Source of the DNA: Octopus sinensis
Taxonomy: Eukaryota
Length of the DNA stretch: 58,508 nt
Direction: 5' to 3'
NCBI RefSeq assembly: GCF_006345805.1
Contig: NW_021833099.1
Location: forward strand, 1-58,508
The translations under genes were made by a program, and so were the position numbers. The notes under the pieces were generated by a model. It was not told the DNA's origin. It searched no databases and saw only the letters and a list, made by a program, of their open reading frames with translations. Positions 39,500 to 52,757 of this stretch are shown piece by piece. Position 1 is the stretch's first letter; each line of letters begins with the position of its first letter.

Positions 39500-39885
39500 G
39501 AAGGGTTTAGTCGGTTGCGTCGACTCCAGTTCTTAGCTGATATTTTATTTTATCGACCCCTAAAAGATGAAAAAGAAAGTTGACCCCGAAAGATTCTTGA
39601 TCGGAATGTAAAGAGACGGAAGAAATGCCGCCAAGCATTTTGTCGAACGCGCTAAGGATTCTGCTAGTTCCCCCCATCTCGTGAAACAGTAATAATGGGA
39701 TAGCAAGATCCGGGGAGGGAATAAGTTGATTACATCGTCCCCCAGTACTCAACTGGTACTTATTTTATCGACCCTGAAAGGATGAAAAGTAAAGACGACT
39801 TCGGCTGAATTTGAACTCAGAACGTAAAGCGGATGGGATGCCGTTAAGTATTTTGTCCAGCTTGCTAACGATTCTCCTGTTTCCC
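39500..39885 (-). mobile_element. Two tandem family A SINEs
   Basis: Two copies of TTTTATCGACCC..AAAG/AAGATGAAAA..GA. Confidence 0.75.
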
Positions 39886-40503
39886 CTTTGCGCAGTGAAT
39901 TAAGTAAGGGGTAAAATAATATTGAAAATGTTCAGGTACATCATGAGAGCAAATATTAAAAACCAGTTAAAAAATATATTAGTGAGTAGTAAAGCCGCTG
40001 GTTCGGATCTTGTTTATTGGTCACTGACTGAAAGGGCTTATACTTCCTGCAACCATAGTTATGCATTTAAATGAGTGCACATCAACGAGGGAAGTACAAG
40101 GGTGGTTAACAAAAAAACTGCCTAATTCTAAAAATGAAATTACTGACCAATTACGTGTCTGTTAGCTATGTGGAAACTCCTCACGGGAATAATTGCAGAA
40201 GACGTCCATCAACAGGTGAGAGGAATTGAGAGGGTACCGGAAAAATAGAACAATGACTGACAGATGAGATGCTTCTGAGGAATTGCAGAAAGAAAATGGT
40301 AAATTTATGCCTCACATGGACCGATGACGAAAAACATATGGTTTTGTCGCACATTCGTGATTCATGTGGCACCCAGAACTTTACAATATCTCAAAAAAGT
40401 GATTAGGTCCCTCTTTAAAAATACAACTCAACATTAGTGATTAAGGAAATTAAAATAGAACAAAGCAGAAGAGAAATATTCCAAGAGAATAATGTCTTTC
40501 TTA

Positions 40504-40903
40504 TCTCTCTATATATAAAGCTGAAGTTATCTGTGTATGGCAGGTTTGGTAGCCTTCAACTTGCACTATCTCTTCCGTGACCCTGTGGCGGCGCAAGTTG
40601 ACCAAAATTGAGAGTATGATAGAAGAATGCTTGCTCTTCCTTCCGTAGAAGAAAAAAATCAAATCAGACCATGTTAACACCAAAAATTATTTACATCAAA
40701 AATTGCTTTTTTTCTATGAAAATCCCTATTTTTTACGATTTTTTGACTGCTGTGTCGCCATTTTTCGATATATTTCAACCAGAAAAATGTTCATTTAAAA
40801 AGAATAACAAGCTACATAATGCAATTTTTTTTCTTTTCAAAAATTCCAATTCTAAAGGGTCGAAAAGAAAACAACCCCGAGCAACGCTGGGCTATACTAC
40901 TAG
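40504..40903 (+). mobile_element. Non-autonomous Helitron (family H2), 400 bp
   Basis: A|TC 5' end; 3' hairpin CCCGAGCAACGCTGGG, then CTAG|T. Confidence 0.8.
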
Positions 40904-41321
40904 TTTTGCTTATAATGCAACTGACGTCGTAGTCCATTTTACTACACAAAACCAAGGAAGGTTAGCTACAGGGAAAGGATAGAGGAACAGTGAATCAGCT
41001 CCTATTCATGGAGAGTATTCCCTTTCCTTTCACAGCGAGTATCCTATGTAGTCTTGATTCAGTTTTCACACTGAGCGTCATTGACTCTGCACATCCTTGG
41101 TCGTCTATGTGCAAAAAAGCTGGTTGATTGTCTTCTTATAGCGACTGTTCCCAAATCCAGTCTGGTTTAAATACTCTGTAACTAGAACCGCGCAGAAAGC
41201 AAATGGATAGAAGAGGCCCTTTGAAATAATCCTCGATTACCCACCTCTCCCTCAAGTTACTCGCATTATACCGTTATAACAACAAGAGCAACGACGACAC
41301 AACAACAATGATAATAATAAT

Positions 41322-41860
41322 ACTTTCTACTAAAAGCACAAGGCCTGACATTTTTTGTGGGGTGGGGACGAGTCGATTACATCGACCCCAGCGTTTCACT
41401 GGTTCTTAATTTATTGACCCCGAAAGAATGAAAGGCAAAGTCGACCTCGGTGGAATTTGAACTCGGAACGTGGATGCAAACGAAATTCTGCTAAGCTTTT
41501 TGCCCGGTGTGCTAACGATTCTGCCAGCTCGCCGCCATAATAGTCCTTTCTATTAAGGGCACAAAGCCTGAAATTTCGGGGAGGGGTTAGTCGATTACAT
41601 CGACCCCTTGTACTCAACTGGTACCTATTTTATTGACCCTGAAAGGATGAAAGGCAAAGTCGACCTCGGCAGAATATGAACTCAGAACGTAAAGATAGAC
41701 GAAATCTCGCAAAGCATTAATTTCGGCGTCTTAACTATTCCGCTTGCTCACCACCTTACAGGATGAAAAAGGTAAAATCAACCTCGGCGGAGGGTGAACA
41801 CTGAGCATGAAGAGGGACGAAATGCCACTATTTGCTCCGGTGTGCTAATGATTCTGTCAA
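41322..41860 (-). mobile_element. Three tandem family A SINEs
   Basis: Repeated GACCC(C/T)GAAAG(A/G)ATGAAAGGCAAAGTCGACCTCGG; third copy degenerate. Confidence 0.8.
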
Positions 41861-42020
41861 TAATAATAATAACAATGTTCCGCCGAGGTTTACTTGCCTT
41901 TCATTATTTCGGACTCGATAAAATAAATACCAGTTGAGAAATTAGATCGACCAAACTGACTTGTATAAAATTTTAGGTCTTATGCGAATGGTAGAAAAGA
42001 TCATTCTCGAATTCATGGAA

Positions 42021-42424
42021 AAGGCAGCGAGCAGGTGGAATCGTTAGCACGCCGGGCGAAATGCTTAGCGTTATTTCGTCTGCCGTTACGTTCTGAGTTC
42101 AAATTCCGCCGAGATCGACTTTGCCTTTCATCCTTTCGGGGTCGATTAAATAAGAACCACTTTCGCACTGGGGTCGATATAATCGGCTTAATCCGTTTGT
42201 CTGTCCTTGTTTGTCCCCTCTGTGTTTAGCCCCTTGTGGGTAGTAAAGAAATAGGTATTTCGTCTGCCGTTACGTTCTGAGTTCAAATTCCACCAAGGTT
42301 GACTTTGCCTTTCATCTTTTCGGAGTCGATAAATTAAGTACCAGTTGAACATTGGGGTCGATGTAATCGACTAGTCCCCTCCTGCAAAATTTCAGGCCTT
42401 GTGCCTTTGGTAGAAAGGATTATT
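42021..42424 (+). mobile_element. Family A SINE dimer
   Basis: Junction GGTATT at 42254-42259. Confidence 0.85.
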
Positions 42425-42647
42425 AAATTCGTGGTTTCATAGATTAATTAAGGCAATGTAAAATTCCTTTCGATTCTTTGCGTTTTGAGTTCTAATTCTG
42501 CCTGGGTCAAACTTACCATTCATCTTTCCGTGGTCGCCTAAATAAGTTATCTGTCAACATGTGGGGACCAGTTATTATCAGCTAACATCTTCCTCCACCC
42601 AGATTGTAACCTTGTGCCTATGTTAGAAGTTATTATCGTATCTTGCA

Positions 42648-43056
42648 TAAGGCGGCAAGCTGGCAGAAACGTTAGCACACCGGGCGAAATGTGTAGCCGT
42701 ATTTCGTCTGCCGTTACGTTCTGAGTTCAAATTCCGCCGAGGTCGACTTTGCCTTTCATCCTTTCGGAGTCGATAAATTAAGTACCAGTTACGCACTAGG
42801 ATCGATGTAATTGACTCAATCCGTTTGTCTGTCCTTGTTTGTCCTCTCTGTGTTTAACCCCTTGTGGGTCGTAAAGAAACAGGTATTTCGTCCGTCTTAA
42901 AGACGTTCTGAGTTCACATTCCACCGAGGTCGACTTTGCCTTTCATCCTTTCGGAGTCGATAATCTAAGTACCAGTTACGCACTGGGGTCAATGTAATCG
43001 ACCAGTCCCCTTCCCTGTAAATTTTCAGGCCCTGTGCCTATAGTAGAAACTATTAT
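42648..43056 (+). mobile_element. Family A SINE dimer
   Basis: Junction GGTATT at 42882-42887; degenerate TSD TATTATCGTATCTTG / TATTATTGCATCTTG. Confidence 0.85.
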
Positions 43057-43369
43057 TGCATCTTGTAGTAGAAGTAGTAGTAGCAGTGATAGCGGCAGCA
43101 GTGTCGGTAGCAGTACAAGTGGTAGCGATGGTAATACTGTGTTGTGGTAGTACAGCGTTCATTAGTTAATAACGAGTTAAGCAACTTGTCATCTTAGTTC
43201 ATTTAACAGTAACATCCTGTAGCCTCGTTTTCTAGATTTCCGTTCAGGTTCCTGCCCCACGGGAAGTAGCTCATTAATTTTCTTTGACAAGGTTCACGAC
43301 GTGCTCAGCATACGCAGCTTTTTTTCTTTTTGTTTTTTGCCCCTTCTTCTGCTTTTTCTGTGTTATTAT

Positions 43370-43643
43370 CATTACTGTTGTTGTTGTTGTTGTTGTCATT
43401 GGTGTGTCTGTGTGTCTTTGTTTTTAGTGATAGTAGCCGTTGTCGTTAGCGTTAGGGTTGTTGTTGTTGTTGTTGCTGCTGCTGTTGATTTGGGTGCTGC
43501 GCTTCTTATTATTATACAGACTATATTGCTTGTTAACGATGATGATGATGACGATGATGATGATATCAACGACGATGATGATGATGATGATGATGGCGAT
43601 GACAACGATGGCAACGTTGATAATAATAATAATTAATATTATT

Positions 43644-43714
<71 letters not shown>

Positions 43715-44017
43715 CATTAATATCCTTATCATTATTATTATTATTATTATCGTCTTCAACATTGACCTCATCGTGGTCATTATCATCATCATTATCGTCA
43801 ATATTATCATCTTCATAACCATCATCATCACCGTTATGTTTTCTTCTTCTTCTTCTTCTTCTTCTTCTTCTTCTTCTTCTTCTCTTCTTCTTCTTCTTCT
43901 TCTTCTTCTCGTCATCATCATCAGCAGCAGCAGCAACGGCGGCAGAAACAACAGCAGGAAAAGCATCAGTGGAAACAGCATCATCATCAGCAGCAGTAAT
44001 AGCACCAGTGGTAGTAA

Positions 44018-44086
<69 letters not shown>

Positions 44087-44110
44087 GAGTAGTAGTAGTA
44101 GCAGCAGCGT
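43370..44110. repeat. Compound triplet microsatellite (GTT/GAT/ATT/CTT/CAG/GTA)
   Basis: Direct reading; source of the 184-300 aa low-complexity pseudo-ORFs. Confidence 0.9.
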
Positions 44111-44273
44111 AATCATACACTGAATTGCACCTGATGTTGTAGCAAGTAAAGAAACATTGAAAACTCCAAAAACGAATTCGACATATTGTCGGTCGCTATA
44201 AAATATTTCATACTTCATATACCTGAGTTCAGATTCCTCTGTTTTTTCCTTTTCAAAATATCTATCTTTCCAG

Positions 44274-44332
44274 GGTCTGTATCCCAGTAGAAATACCATA
44301 ACACTTCTTTGCAAATAAAATGACACGGCGAG
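44274..44332 (+). other. Candidate 59-nt exon ending in a start codon (ATG ACA CGG CGA G)
   Basis: Acceptor TTTTTTCCTTTTCAAAATATCTATCTTTCCAG|, donor GAG|GTATGT; all frames closed before the ATG at 44320. Confidence 0.25.
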
Positions 44333-44730
44333 GTATGTTGAGTAGGTTTGGTGGGTTATCTAATTCCTAAGGGTGTTAGTGGCTCAAATGATATGCTTAC
44401 AAGGAGTTGTTACATACATATATTTGCAGTATCCAATAGAATCAAGTCGTTTCAATAACAAAGACACCAAGGGAGTAGGGTCGAGAATAGCATATCTGTG
44501 TACCAATAGTATGGATGGACACTCGCGTACACACTAATGTGTACAGAGACTTATCCGTTTAGTTATATACATATTTACATGGACACACCAAATTTACTCA
44601 ACAATATAAGTAGCGATCTGTATGTAAAATCACGCGCAGTCATACTTCAGCATGCAATCTGCGGCCCTCTTTAAGTTCTAGAGCCAACGTGGTATTATTA
44701 TAATGTGTTATAATTATTATTATAATTATA

Positions 44731-44965
44731 AGGCGGCGAGCTGGCAGAAACGTTAGCACGCCGGGCGAAATGCGTAGCCGTATTTCGTCTGCCGTTACGT
44801 TCTGAGTTCAAATTCCGCCGAGGTCGACTTTGCCTTTCATCCTTCCGGGGTCGATAAATTAAGTACCAGTTATGCACTGGGGTCGATGTAATCGACTTAA
44901 TCCGTTTGTCTGTCCTTGTTTGTCCTCTCTGTGTTTAGCCCCCTTGTGGGTAGTAAAGAAATAGG
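44731..44965 (+). mobile_element. Family A SINE, long-tail monomer
   Basis: Near-consensus copy; GGTATTATTATAATGTGT duplicated at 44691-44708 and 44964-44981. Confidence 0.9.
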
Positions 44966-44984
44966 TATTATTATAATGTGTGTG

Positions 44985-45135
44985 TATGGTTCAAATGTAC
45001 AGAAAACAGGACAGAGACAGGTGCAGAAACAAAAATCAGGTGTATTATGGAAAAGTTTTTGACGTTTCGAGCCTACGCTCTTCGACAGAAACGGACGAGA
45101 AAAAAAATGTAGAGAAAGAAGAAAATAAAAATGGA
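44985..45135 (-). mobile_element. Family E element with hammerhead-like motif
   Basis: Minus: GTTT-CTGTCGAA-GAGC(GTAG)GCTC-GAAAC-GTC-AAA at ~45058-45092. Confidence 0.7.
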
Positions 45136-45584
45136 GAGAAAAAGAATGCGTCGGGATTAACGCTTCCTATATAACAAGAAAGAACAGAGACATTTTATCC
45201 AGGCAGGTACTCTTGTTTAATCCAGGCTCTGACTAACCACATCGAATGATATGGGACAACGGGATATTGTTTATGGCAAACAATAACACGGTATTTCAGC
45301 CGATGAGTGATTTCCCGTGTTCGCTTCTGTGGGATTTATACAGTATACAGGATGTATATTCAAGACATTAAAAGACTCGTAGTGGTAACACCTTGAATGA
45401 AGCTGCATGGATGAACTTATAATGCAGTTGAACCAAGAAAATGTAACTGAATGCCACATCGTAGGATATCCATCCAGTAGAAACACGTGGCGGACAGAGA
45501 GTTAAAATGATTGAATCGTATACGATACTGTAATAAACACGGTTTGGGGTTGTATCAATTGTCCATTCTTATTGTTTTAATGTC

Positions 45585-45985
45585 TTGTATGTGTGTATGA
45601 ATGTATGTGTGTATGTATGTATGTATGTATGTATGTATGTATGTGTGTATGTATGTGTGTATGTATGTGTGTATGTGTGTGTGTATGTATGTATGTATGT
45701 ATGTATGCGTGTATGTATGTACGTATAGGCAAAGCAAAAACAAAAATAAAAAGCATCCAAAGTGATATGGACTTACACAGTAAATGTTTTATGTAAATCT
45801 ATGTATGAATTGTATACGTGTGTGCGTGCGTGCTCACGCGTATGTATGTATGTATGTATGTATGTATGTATGTATGTATGTATGTATGTGTGTGTGTATG
45901 TATGTATGTATGTATGTATGTGTGTATGTATGTATGTATGTATGTGTGTGTATTATGTATGTATGTGTGTATGTATGTGTATGTA
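45585..45985. repeat. Two (TATG)n microsatellite blocks
   Basis: Direct reading. Confidence 0.9.
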
Positions 45986-46878
45986 TAATACTCTTCTTGG
46001 AATCTAGGCTCTCGAGGTACATCACATAAACGTAAAAGGTTGGAAAACCCTTTTGAATAGAAAGAGTTGAAGGCAAGAGAGAAGAGAGAGAGAGAGAGAG
46101 AGGGTGGGGGTAAGTGGAATTTATACAATACAATCTGCGGGACGGACAGAATGGGTTAAAGGAAGCAAAAATAATGTTATTGATTTCAGAACACCGTCAC
46201 ACAACAGAGGTGAACTCAGGCTTTGAACCATGTATAATTGTAGAGGATCGTTTTGTAATGTATTGAACGTACTCTGCTTATTAAATGTGGAGTAACTAGT
46301 AATGCTGTCAAACCGAGAGTAATTTGCGAAATACATATGGAGCAACCGGTTAATGATAATTGTATTGAGAGCACTCTACTTGATACGTGTGGAACACATA
46401 GTAATGCCGTTTTGTTTAGTGTACTTTGACATCAATTTTTCGCACAAAGACATTAATTGCGGATGAAGGGGACTTTCGATTACATCGAGCTAGTGTTCAA
46501 CAGGTACTTCATTTATCGACCCCGAAAGATTGGAAGGCAAAGTCGCTTGTTAGAAAATCTCTATAAAAGATGAAAGTTTTAGTAACTGTATTGAGAAGTA
46601 ATGTTTGTTGCCACTGAGAATGGGCAAAAATAGCCCGGAACTGGACGGTGTGATGGTCCTGTCATGTTGCTAGATATTATGGGTTCGCTCCGTTGTTTGC
46701 AATATATATCAAGGGAAGATTGCATCGATAACCAGCTAGAGGAGGCATCTTCTTAGGGATAAAGATGGTAGTAACGGCGGTTCGTAAGAAACAGACACAG
46801 TGAAGTGGCGACAAACAGAATTTCTCATTATAGATACTACTTTCATCTTTGAGAGAGATTTTCTAACTTTCCTCTTCT

Positions 46879-46951
<73 letters not shown>

Positions 46952-46965
46952 ATGTATGTGTGCAT

Positions 46966-47182
46966 AAAGTTAATCCAAACATGAAAACACAAAGGGAAAA
47001 CACAACAACGCGAGGACGTTGAACAAGTATAGTGTTATTGGACGCTCAGGAAAGAAGGAAAGAGGGAGGGTTTAACATTTCGAGCGGAGCTCTTCGTCGG
47101 AAACATAGGAGAAGGAAGGATTCAAAGAAGGGAAGACGGAGGAAAAAAATCGCCAACGGTACACACACGGTCACATTTTGAA
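46966..47182 (-). mobile_element. Family D element with hammerhead-like motif
   Basis: Motif at 47074-47104 (minus: GTTT-CCGACGA-A-GAGC TCC GCTC-GAAATGTT-AAAC). Confidence 0.75.
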
Positions 47183-47835
47183 TATATATATATGCATGTA
47201 TGTATGTGTGCATGTATGTATGTATGCATGTGAATACCTATGTGTGTGTGTGTCTTTGTGTATGTGTCTGTTCCCCCATCACTGCCTGATAACCTGTGTT
47301 GGTGTGTTTACGTCCAAGTAATTTATCGGTTCGGCAAGAATCACCGACATAATAAGTACTACGCTATAGAAAAATCTGTCCTGGTGTCGATTTGTTTTAC
47401 TAAAACCATTCAAGGTGGTGCTCAAAATACATATACTGTACACACGAACATGCATATTTGTATACGCACGCATGTGCGCGCATATGCACGTACAAACATA
47501 CATACATAGCCAAATAGACATAGGGTGTGGTAGATATGTATGAATATATTCATAAGCCAGTACATGCATGACTGCTTACATCTATGAATGCGTCTTTGTG
47601 AACATTTACGTGCATACGCAGATGGGTGACAGAAAGTGTATGTGTGGATGTCAAGGGATAATTAAACGTCATTATGAAATCGGAGCAACAATAATCTGTA
47701 CGTTATGTTTAATGTTTAGTGAGTGCGAGGACAAAGTCCAGTGGGAGATTTGGAGAATGGTTAGAAATCTGGAACAGTCCAGGAGTTCAATGTCTCTTGG
47801 AATAAATTGGAATCATAACTGTGGTGTGAAAAATA

Positions 47836-47906
<71 letters not shown>

Positions 47907-47963
47907 ATATCTATCTATCATATATATATATATATATATATACATACATACATGCAAGTTTTG

Positions 47964-48000
<37 letters not shown>

Positions 48001-48392
48001 TATATAAATATGTATGTATGTATGTATGTATATATATATATATAATTGTATATATACATACACATATATACATATATATAAAGAGGGACACAAATAGAGA
48101 CAAGCAGACAGACAGACAGATAGACAGATAAATAGATAGACAGACAGACAGTGTTAAAAATAGAAGGGTAAACTGATAGGCACATAAACACACTCACACG
48201 CATGCATATGTTTGTATCTATGTGTTTTATTTATGAATATATGTATTTATACATGTACATGCGTGTATATTACTTAGCTATACAGTCTCTATTTTATGTA
48301 TTGAGTACTTTTTCCCATTTCTGGTCAAACACCACATATGTATGTACCTACGTATGTATGCATATCTATCTATGTGTATGTATGTATGCATG

Positions 48393-48449
<57 letters not shown>

Positions 48450-48503
48450 GGTTTATCTGTCTGTCTATATCAATATATACCAATAACTAGCACACACACA
48501 CAC

Positions 48504-48632
<129 letters not shown>

Positions 48633-48633
48633 C

Positions 48634-48697
<64 letters not shown>

Positions 48698-49639
48698 TAG
48701 TTATTGACATACTGATATAGACTGACAGACAAGCAGATAAATAGATAGATAGACAGACAGCTAGACGGACAGACAGGCAGACAGACAGACATACAGACAG
48801 ACAGATATTCGAAACGTCCAAATGTTTATACATCTATTGATACATGTAAGCGTTGTAATACCGTTATATGTGCGTTTTCCTACATACAGATATATATACT
48901 TACATAAACATACAATACACACACACATTATGTACGTGTGCGTGCACTCACACATGCAGACACACACACGCATTTATATATAGTTAGATACATGAATGTG
49001 TGTGTAAATGTATACCTGTATAATTATATACGCATCTGTGTTTGTGAATGTGTGTGTGTGTGTGTGTGATGTATGTATGTGCAATGCAAAGAGAAAACGG
49101 ACAAAATAAATTTGCAATCAATCACGAGAAATTATACTGAATCCTGCACAGGGGAAATAACAGGAAAACATTTGATTTTGAAGTCAATGCTCCGTGTCAA
49201 AGGTCATGCAAGACACGATCGTAGAACTTCTAACAGCGTTTGCATGACTCCATTGAGATAAAGAAGATGAAGAGAACAAGGTAAGAAAAGCAATGCCGAC
49301 TGTCCATGAGATCCGGCCATTTGTCTCTAGTTGCAAGCAGCTGACAGCATGACCACTGGGGATTCGGCACGCAGCGCCTCCAGTGTTTTTCTCCTCTGGA
49401 CGTAGGAGACCAGTTTTGATCGAAACGAGATGATAGGATACGGCTCGGTCGGTGTCAGAGCGAGATCGAAGTGAAACGAAGGTTGTGAGAAAGTTTAGCG
49501 CACGACAATCGAAAGGTTTTCTGCCATGTGGTATCGGTTAAAAATTACGAGAACAGTTGGAGAGCAGACGATAGAGAGAGAGAGAAAGTTTCCTACATCC
49601 ACTGGTATTCCATCCTTCAACATAACTAACATTAATCGT

Positions 49640-49701
49640 TCGTCATCATCACCATTATCGTTGACATCATCATCATCATCATCGTTGTTATCATCATCGT
49701 T

Positions 49702-49755
<54 letters not shown>

Positions 49756-49905
49756 GTTGTCATCATCATCATCATCATCATTGATGTCATCATTATCATC
49801 ATCATCATCATAACGACGTCGGTCACCACTACCACCACTACCACCACAACCACCACCGTCACCACCACCACCACCACCGTCACCACCACTACCACTACCA
49901 CCACC

Positions 49906-49940
<35 letters not shown>

Positions 49941-49945
49941 TACTA
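49640..49945. repeat. Compound (CAT)n/(CAC)n tract
   Basis: Direct reading. Confidence 0.9.
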
Positions 49946-50077
49946 ACATTATAACTACACGCAGAAGCAGCAGTACCACACACTGTCATTCCCCTCTTTT
50001 TAACTTGGAAATAGAAAAGTCTTTGCTGTACACCGTCACCCCGTCCCCACTTTACATTACCCACACATTTTTATTGG

Positions 50078-50133
<56 letters not shown>

Positions 50134-50377
50134 TCTATAAGAAAATGTTCTGATGTTTGCACTTGACTCTCTTAAGAAGAATTTTCTGGAACTTTTAGAA
50201 ACTCTTCGTGATTAATTCAATATTAGTCACGCGATTAAATTTGACGATTTCAAAGTAAAGTCAAAGGAAAGTCAAGACCAACTATGCTATCGACTTAGAA
50301 GTTCAAAACACGAAGGACTACTACTACTACTAATACTAATACTACTACTACTAATACTAATAATAATATTAACAATA

Positions 50378-50450
<73 letters not shown>

Positions 50451-50486
50451 CAATAATAATATAATAATAATAATAATAATAATAAC

Positions 50487-50516
<30 letters not shown>

Positions 50517-50517
<1 letters not shown>

Positions 50518-50975
50518 TGGGCTACAGCAATATTCTGCTCAATACCACAGATTTGCTTGTCAGTTGTTTGATCTTAACCAGTTGAGCATGTCCCTCAGTG
50601 GCTGACGATATGTGCATCTCTGATCACGAGCAGAAGTAGTGGGGGAGCATCATAGCATGTTGTTGAGAGGGATTCTTTGGGGTTTGAATATTCACCCCTG
50701 GAAACATGGGTGTTTCGTTCAACATCCTTAAACAACCCTTATTCAGGGACCTTTTGAGCGGGATGGGTTACTCGAGCAGAAGAAAATTCTAACTGGGCCC
50801 CCACCTGCAAGGTCATGTGCTGTTTATCTTGATATGAGATCACCATGTCGCGCACATATGGTTGTGATGCATGTGCCTGGTGTACCCTTATCAGACGGGT
50901 AGTCATGATGGGTATACTGGGCTTCGTATATTTTACCCCAGTGTCACTTTGATGGCATGCGCTGCTCTCTTACTC
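50517..50975 (+). mobile_element. Family T TAA-inserting non-coding element, 5'-truncated, 459 bp
   Basis: (TAA)n on both sides; overlaps the 11124 and 32760 copies; no coding signal. Confidence 0.85.
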
Positions 50976-51027
<52 letters not shown>

Positions 51028-51072
51028 TAATAATAATAATAATAATAATAATGATGATGATAATAATAATAA

Positions 51073-51292
51073 TACTGGTTTCAAATTTTGCTACAATTGC
51101 AGCAGTATTGAGGGGAGGGGACTGGTCGTTTACATCGACCCCAGTGTTTAACTGGTACTTATTTTATCGACTCCGAAAGGATGAAAGGAAAATTCGACCT
51201 CGGTGGCATTTGAACTCAAATCATAAAAACGGACGAAATACCGACAAGCATTTCGCCCGGCGTGCTAACGATTTAGCCAGCTCGCTACCTTA
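51073..51292 (-). mobile_element. Family A SINE, short tail
   Basis: Complete reverse copy adjoining the TAA tail of the family T element. Confidence 0.85.
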
Positions 51293-51479
51293 ATAACAAC
51301 AACAACAACATCAGCAACAACTATAATAACAACAACAATAATAATAGTAATAGTAATACTAATACTGAAGTTTCGAGAAGGTAGTTAAGATGCGACTTCA
51401 AGAGACTAGGAAATTCAGTCAAGCAGGATCAAACTGAGGTGACCACATGAACGTATATATAGTTCAAATTCACAGGTAA

Positions 51480-51655
51480 CAAAAGATGAAGACAGCTGAA
51501 GGAACAAAAGCATGTGTTTTAGCTTAGTGGTGGGGAAGAATGGAAAGCCATTGACATTTTGTGAGCCTACGCTCTTCGACAGAAAGGATTGAGAGGGGAA
51601 AAGGCGGAGAGAAAACGAAAAACAGAAAATGGGGAGAGAAAAAATGTGTAGGGAT
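51480..51655 (-). mobile_element. Family E element (degenerate hammerhead-like motif)
   Basis: GACATTTTGTGAGCCTACGCTCTTCGACAG at 51553-51582. Confidence 0.6.
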
Positions 51656-51668
51656 TTATATATATATA

Positions 51669-52066
51669 CTAGCAGTATCGCCCGGCGTTGCTCGGGTTTG
51701 TAAGGGAAATAACTATATAAGAATTTTTGGAGAGTTATAGCCAAAAAATAGCAAAAAAATGCATTAAAAATGGAAAAAAAAATATGGTAATTTTTAAAAA
51801 CAATCTTTGACTCATCGTAGACATTTTTAGAGAGTTACTTCCCTTATATAATAGCGAAAAAAATGCATTAAAATGGAAAAAAATGATGGTAATTATTTTT
51901 TAAATCGTGGACTCATCGTAGACGCGCGCTAATACCCAGATGGGCTCGATATGAATGACGACTATAAGATACCCGGTTTTGGTTAAACTGCACCGCAAAA
52001 TGTGGGAGTAGTTAGGAATCTAAATCGTAGGAGACAGACACACAACTTCACTTTTATATATAAAGA
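51669..52066 (-). mobile_element. Non-autonomous Helitron (family H1), 398 bp
   Basis: Minus: A|TC..CCCGAGCAACGCCGGG..CTAG|T; internal ~110-bp tandem duplication; reverse-complement match to 57956-58355. Confidence 0.85.
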
Positions 52067-52070
52067 TATA

Positions 52071-52101
<31 letters not shown>

Positions 52102-52757
52102 TGTGTGTGTGCGTGCGTGCGTGTATACAAATAAACATACATGCGTGGACGCGCTTGTGTTGAGAGAGGCGAGTGACTCACTGGTTAGGGTGTTACACTC
52201 AAGATCGTAAGATTATTGCGAGTGTTTTCTTGTTCCAGTCTGCTGAGCCGGCAGAATTGAGGAATCCTACCATGGACTGGCGTCCCGTGCAAATGCAAAT
52301 GTCTAAGCCACATAATCCCATAATCCGCCTTTATCAGGAAGTAGCTCTCAGGAAGTAGCGTTGATCCTTTTGGTATGTATTCTCTCTCTCTTTCTCTCTC
52401 TCTTATTTTTATGACTGGTCACCTACTTGGTAGCAAGGTTTTATAGGAAAGCATCATCCTTTAATCTTAAGGTCCTGCAGATCATTATAACCCAGACATC
52501 GTACTATGTATGTATGTATGTATGTATGTATGTATGTATGTATGTGGTATGTGTGTATGTATGTATGTATGTATGTATGTATGTGTGTATGTATGTATGT
52601 ATGTATGTATATATGTATGCATGCATGTATGTAATGCATGTATGTATGCATGCATATATGTATATTCGTACGTACATGCATACATATGTACATACACACA
52701 TACATATATACATACACACACCACACACACACACACACCATATATATATATATATAT

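Noticed and set aside
43424-44326. 300-aa minus-strand ORF and overlapping 184-227 aa ORFs
   Set aside because: Open only because triplet repeats lack stops; no domain content.
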